Positions 49,959 through 53,821 of a stretch of DNA of 53,821 nt are shown here, piece after piece. Made by a program: the position numbers and the translations under genes. Under the pieces are notes generated by a model that made no database searches, was not told where the DNA came from, and worked only from the letters and a program-made list of their open reading frames with translations. Positions within the stretch are counted from its first letter, which is position 1, and each line of letters starts with the position of its first letter. Origin of the DNA: Candidatus Eiseniibacteriota bacterium (GTDB taxonomy: Bacteria; Eisenbacteria; RBG-16-71-46; CAIMUX01; VGJL01); assembly GCA_041946735.1 (NCBI GenBank), contig JBHGAY010000032.1:1-53821 (forward strand). The letters run 5' to 3'.

Positions 49959-51559
49959 TCCCATGGCCTCACCGTCCGACATTCGCCGAACCGAACCCTA
50001 GCTCGAAACGCTCCGTCGCACGATTCCCAGCAGCGCTCCTCGCGCGCACCGCGACCTTGGCGGTTCACGCGCGCACGGCCACCTTGGCGCTCCTCGCGGC
50101 CGCCCCCATCCTGATCGTCCCGGCGTCCCAGGAGGCCCTCGCCCAGGACGCCGGCATCGACGTCCGGGCCGCCAACCAGCTCGAGGTCTACTACGACACG
50201 GAGCTGAAGGAGAGCCTGCTCGACGACCGGCTCGACGTCGATCTCTCGTACAAGATGTTCTCGGCCGGCGTCGTCTTCCTCTCGCACACCCCTTCCGACC
50301 CGCTGCGGCTCGATCCCAACGACTACGGGGCGCAGCAGCAGGGGGTTCGCAAGCGCTGGGTGACCGGGCAGCGCGGTCCGCTCGAGCTGCGACTCGGCGA
50401 CAGCTACGCGACCTTCGGCAACGGGCTCGTCCTGCGGATCTTCGAGGACCAGGCGGTCGACTTCGACAACGCGGTCGACGGCGTGCACGGAACGGCCAGC
50501 CTGGGCAGCTTCACGATCGAGGCGATCGCCGGGACGAACAGCTTCGGTGAGGAGGAGACGAACGTCGCGGGGGTGAGCGGGTCGTTCACGGCGGGCGGCT
50601 GGCTGATGAGCTTGAACGGCGCGCGCGTCGACTCGGTCGCGGGCAAGGCGACCCGGCCGGGCAAGGACTGGCTGGGCAGCGTTCAGGCGAGCGGCAATCT
50701 GCTCGGCCGCTTCGATCTGGCGGGCGAGTACGCGATCCGGCGGCACGGCTTCGACGATCCCGCGAAGCGCGACCTGCCGGAGGGGCACGGAGCGTACGCC
50801 TCGTTCCACACCTCTGCCGGGCCGGTATCGCTCCTGCTGGAGGGAAAGGATCTGCTGCGCTTCGACCATCCCTACACGACGCCGCCGACCGCGGTACGCC
50901 AGCACACGAGCACGCTGCTCAACCGCGGCTCGCACGTGCCGAACATCCGCCTGGACGATGAACGGGGATACCAGATCGAGGGGTTGGTGACGCCCGACGA
51001 GGTCTGGACTCTGACCGGCAACTACAGCCGCTCGGAGGCGCGGCACGCGGACCTTCCCGCCTGGGAGGCCTTCGGGCAGGCGGAGGCCGCCTACCCCGCG
51101 ACCCACCTGCTCGCCTACGGGGCCGAGGCGGAGGAAACGATCCGGGAGGGAGAGGACCGCGTCTTCTTCGAGCGGATCACCTTCGGCGGCGACGTCCTGC
51201 AGTCGATCACCGACCTCTGGAGCTTCGAGGTCGGCTACGAGACGCAGGGAATCCAGGAGCGGGACTACTCGAACGACGACTACACCTTCCCGCGGAAGTA
51301 TCGCGACCATCTGGTGTCGCTCACTGTCTCCCGCGCACCGATCCACTCCTGGGCTGCTACCATCGAGTACACCGTGGACAACCCCCGGGAGACGAAGGAC
51401 ACCTGGGTCTGGCTCGAGTGGAACATCCGCCTCGGGACGTTCGGCCAGCTGACCGTCGCTGGCGGTTCGCTCCGCGGAGGCCAGGTCTGCTCCGGCGGCG
51501 TGTGCAAGATCGTCGACCCGTTCGAAGGAGGACGCCTTGAGATGCTCACCTACTTCTAG
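49955..51559 (+). CDS. DUF6029-like putative outer-membrane beta-barrel protein
   Basis: LGDSYATFGNGLVLR..ED..VDFDNAVDG, C-terminal GGQVCSGGVCK, terminal Phe; ATGA overlap with tlpA. Confidence 0.7.
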   Translation: MIPWPHRPTFAEPNPSSKRSVARFPAALLARTATLAVHARTATLALLAAAPILIVPASQEALAQDAGIDVRAANQLEVYYDTELKESLLDDRLDVDLSYKMFSAGVVFLSHTPSDPLRLDPNDYGAQQQGVRKRWVTGQRGPLELRLGDSYATFGNGLVLRIFEDQAVDFDNAVDGVHGTASLGSFTIEAIAGTNSFGEEETNVAGVSGSFTAGGWLMSLNGARVDSVAGKATRPGKDWLGSVQASGNLLGRFDLAGEYAIRRHGFDDPAKRDLPEGHGAYASFHTSAGPVSLLLEGKDLLRFDHPYTTPPTAVRQHTSTLLNRGSHVPNIRLDDERGYQIEGLVTPDEVWTLTGNYSRSEARHADLPAWEAFGQAEAAYPATHLLAYGAEAEETIREGEDRVFFERITFGGDVLQSITDLWSFEVGYETQGIQERDYSNDDYTFPRKYRDHLVSLTVSRAPIHSWAATIEYTVDNPRETKDTWVWLEWNIRLGTFGQLTVAGGSLRGGQVCSGGVCKIVDPFEGGRLEMLTYF

Positions 51560-52862
51560 GGACAGGCAGCGCGCGTTCGCCGCCGCAGGGCTCGCCGTCC
51601 TCACGATCCTCGCCGCCGCCGTCGCCGGCGTCGCCATTGTCGGCTGCGAGGACGATCTCCCCGATCCGACCATGGGACGCCTCACGCTCACCGTCCGCTC
51701 CGACGTTCCCGGGCTCGCCGCCGGCACGCGGATCCTGCTCGACGGCGAGGTCTACGTCGACTCGCTCGCGGCCGACCGGATGGAGATGTTCCTCGAAGCC
51801 GGCCCGCACTCGCTGCAGTTCTTCAAGGACTGCGTGCGGATCGAGCCATCTGAGACGATGCAGTTCGACCTGCGCGCCGGGGCGGAGGAGAAGGTCGAGG
51901 TGCGCCTCGTGCAGGAGTCGGCAATGCTCTCGGTCACTTCCGAGCCGAGCGGCCTCGAAGTCTGGCTCGACGGCGAGGGGACCGGGAAGCGGACTCCGGC
52001 GGCGTTCCCCTGCATCGCGTCCGGCTCGCACGAAGTCGGCGTGCGGCCAGGCTCGGTTTCGCAGGTCGGCTTCACCGTCGAGGGCGACTCGGTCAAGTCG
52101 GTCGACGTGGGCGGCTCCGGGACGACCAGCGTCGACTTCCCCTTCGAGGTCGAGCCGGTCGCGCAGCCCCGCGGCGTGCTCATGGAGATCTTCACCGCCA
52201 CCTATTGCCCGAACTGTCCGGTCGCGGACGAGGCGGGGGTGGAGCTGAACCGTGATGCTTCGCTCGATCCCGCGCAGTTTTGCGCTACGCAGGTGCACGT
52301 CTACTGGGGCGGCACCGATCCGATGCACAACGCGGAGCTGGCAAGCCGGGTGCTCGTCTATTACGAGCGGGACCCCGGCAACGCGCCGTTCGCCTTCTTC
52401 AACGGCGCCAACCAGATCGTCGGCAGCGCGTACGAGAACCTGACGGAGCTGTACCGCAGCAAGATCCTGCTGACCTACGGCCAGGCGTCCCCTGCTGCGC
52501 TCTACTGGAATCGCGTGCGGACCGAGGGGGACCTGTTGCGCGCGGACCTGCGCTTCGTTGCGGTCGGCGCGCTTGCGGGAATGCCGCAGCTCCACGCCTT
52601 CTACGCAAAGGACTCGCTGCAGGCGCAGAATCCCTTCGGCGTCGAGTACTTCGATGCCGTCGCGCGGCACTACATGCCGGCGATCGATCTGGCCGGAGAG
52701 GGAGCGACGACGCGCGGCGCCTACGTCGACGTGCCGGTGGAGTTCGATCTCTCTCAGGACACCCGCTGGGACTCGAAGGAGATCCGGCTCGTCGCCTTCG
52801 TGCAGGACGCGGTGACGGACGAGGTCCTTCAGATGCGGCAGGCGAAACTGCGCCTGCCGTAG
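51537..52862 (+). CDS. Lipoprotein with PEGA domain and Omp28-like thioredoxin (CPNC) domain
   Basis: TTG after AAGGAGG; lipobox IVGC; PEGA VTSEPSG.EVWLDG...TP; VLMEIFTATYCPNCP; C-terminal LVAFVQD...EVLQ. Confidence 0.8.
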   Translation: MRCSPTSRDRQRAFAAAGLAVLTILAAAVAGVAIVGCEDDLPDPTMGRLTLTVRSDVPGLAAGTRILLDGEVYVDSLAADRMEMFLEAGPHSLQFFKDCVRIEPSETMQFDLRAGAEEKVEVRLVQESAMLSVTSEPSGLEVWLDGEGTGKRTPAAFPCIASGSHEVGVRPGSVSQVGFTVEGDSVKSVDVGGSGTTSVDFPFEVEPVAQPRGVLMEIFTATYCPNCPVADEAGVELNRDASLDPAQFCATQVHVYWGGTDPMHNAELASRVLVYYERDPGNAPFAFFNGANQIVGSAYENLTELYRSKILLTYGQASPAALYWNRVRTEGDLLRADLRFVAVGALAGMPQLHAFYAKDSLQAQNPFGVEYFDAVARHYMPAIDLAGEGATTRGAYVDVPVEFDLSQDTRWDSKEIRLVAFVQDAVTDEVLQMRQAKLRLP

Positions 52863-52923
52863 GGCGCGAGATCGTCGAGGCAAGCAGGAGCATCGGCCGC
52901 GGTGGAGCGGGAGGCCGGCTCGC

Positions 52924-53821
52924 TTACCCGATCTGCTCGTGCAGGAAGTCGATCGTCCGCTTCCAGGCGAGCTTCGCCGCCTTCTCGTCGTAGCGAGCGG
53001 CGTTGGTGTCGTTGTGGAAGGCGTGCTGGACTCCGGGATAGCGATAGATCGTGAACTTCTTCCCCGCCGCGCGCAGCGCCGCCTCGTAGGCAGGGACGGT
53101 CGCATTGATCCGTTCGTCCCGCTCCGCGTAGTGCATGAGCAGCGGCGCGTGGATCCTCGGGACGTCGGCCGGATCGGGCGACACGCCGTAGAAGACGACG
53201 CCGGCGTCGAGCTTCGGCTCGGCGACCGCCAGACGATTCACCATCCCGCCACCCCAGCAGAAGCCCACCGCGCCGACCTTGCCGGTCGTCCCCGGATCCT
53301 GCTGTGGGAAGGCGACCGCGCTGCGCAGCTCGGCAACGGCGGCCGCCGGGTCGAGCTGGGCGATCTTCTCCCGCGCCTGGTCTTCGTCGGCCGGCGTCCC
53401 CCCCTGCGAAGAGAGGAGATCGGGAGCAAGGGCGACGAAGCCGGCGACCGCGACACGGCGCGCGACGTCCTCGATGTGCGCGTTCAGTCCGCGGTTCTCG
53501 TGGATCACGATCACCGCCGGCGCGCGGCGCTGGGGCGGAGGCGCCGTTCCCTGCTTCGCCGGCTGCCCGGAGGGACGGACGAGGTATGCGGTGACCGGCC
53601 CGGAGTCGCTGGGGTAGGCGATCCTCTCGGCGAGCAGCCCGGCCTCCAGCGGGTCGACGCTCTGCGCGCGGGCGTAGTCGTTCTCGAGGAGGGCGAGCAT
53701 CGCGTTCGCGGACGCGACGCCGCCGGCGAGGGTCGCGAGCCGCTCGAGGAAGACGCGGCGGTCGAGCGGGCGGTGGGTGTACTCGTCATAGAGCTTCAAG
53801 ATCCGCGGGTCGAGTTCGCGC
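52924..53821 (-). CDS. Dienelactone hydrolase family protein (YghX-like), 5' end beyond the window
   Basis: LYDEYTH..LDRR.F, IHENRGL, GFCWGG, HAFHND; the frame stays open to the window edge. Confidence 0.92.
   Translation of the reverse strand, partial: RELDPRILKLYDEYTHRPLDRRVFLERLATLAGGVASANAMLALLENDYARAQSVDPLEAGLLAERIAYPSDSGPVTAYLVRPSGQPAKQGTAPPPQRRAPAVIVIHENRGLNAHIEDVARRVAVAGFVALAPDLLSSQGGTPADEDQAREKIAQLDPAAAVAELRSAVAFPQQDPGTTGKVGAVGFCWGGGMVNRLAVAEPKLDAGVVFYGVSPDPADVPRIHAPLLMHYAERDERINATVPAYEAALRAAGKKFTIYRYPGVQHAFHNDTNAARYDEKAAKLAWKRTIDFLHEQIG

Noticed and set aside
49398..52862. Selenocysteine recoding in the redox proteins
   Set aside because: The CxxC motifs use TGC/TGT and there is no in-frame TGA. 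The same holds for the Grx-like domain at 46930.

Overview
GC-rich (roughly 70% by eye), gene-dense bacterial chromosome segment with no integrase, transposase, phage module, CRISPR array or rRNA. It has about 43 CDSs, one tRNA-Glu(UUC) and one candidate ncRNA. Secreted proteins ending in FlgD-Ig/T9SS-like C-terminal domains or an SWGxxRxxFR tail, a C25 gingipain-like protease and a TlpA-DUF6029-Omp28 operon suggest an FCB-related candidate phylum such as Ca. Eisenbacteria or Latescibacterota (inference). Recognisable content: gdhA with a receiver/PEP-binding-domain neighbour, a Pat-type acetyltransferase, rarA, galE, three two-component systems, a surface-glycan block (wecB-like, two GT4, YfhO, WbpB/WbpE-like), elbB, polX-nth, queG. 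The most interesting region is 22.3-26.0 kb. There a PAS kinase and a sigma54 activator precede a 36-bp dyad (candidate enhancer), a partial -24/-12 promoter, a receiver-only protein and a 51%-Lys pentapeptide-repeat histone-like protein. Converging on that gene is an unassigned rod-shaped RNA of about 110-125 nt with its own sigma70 promoter and U-tract. Other oddities: QueG fused in frame to a Cys-less glutaredoxin-like domain and an alpha/beta hydrolase, a PolX lacking its catalytic aspartates, and many short tandem duplications. All calls are from motif reading only; no searches were run.
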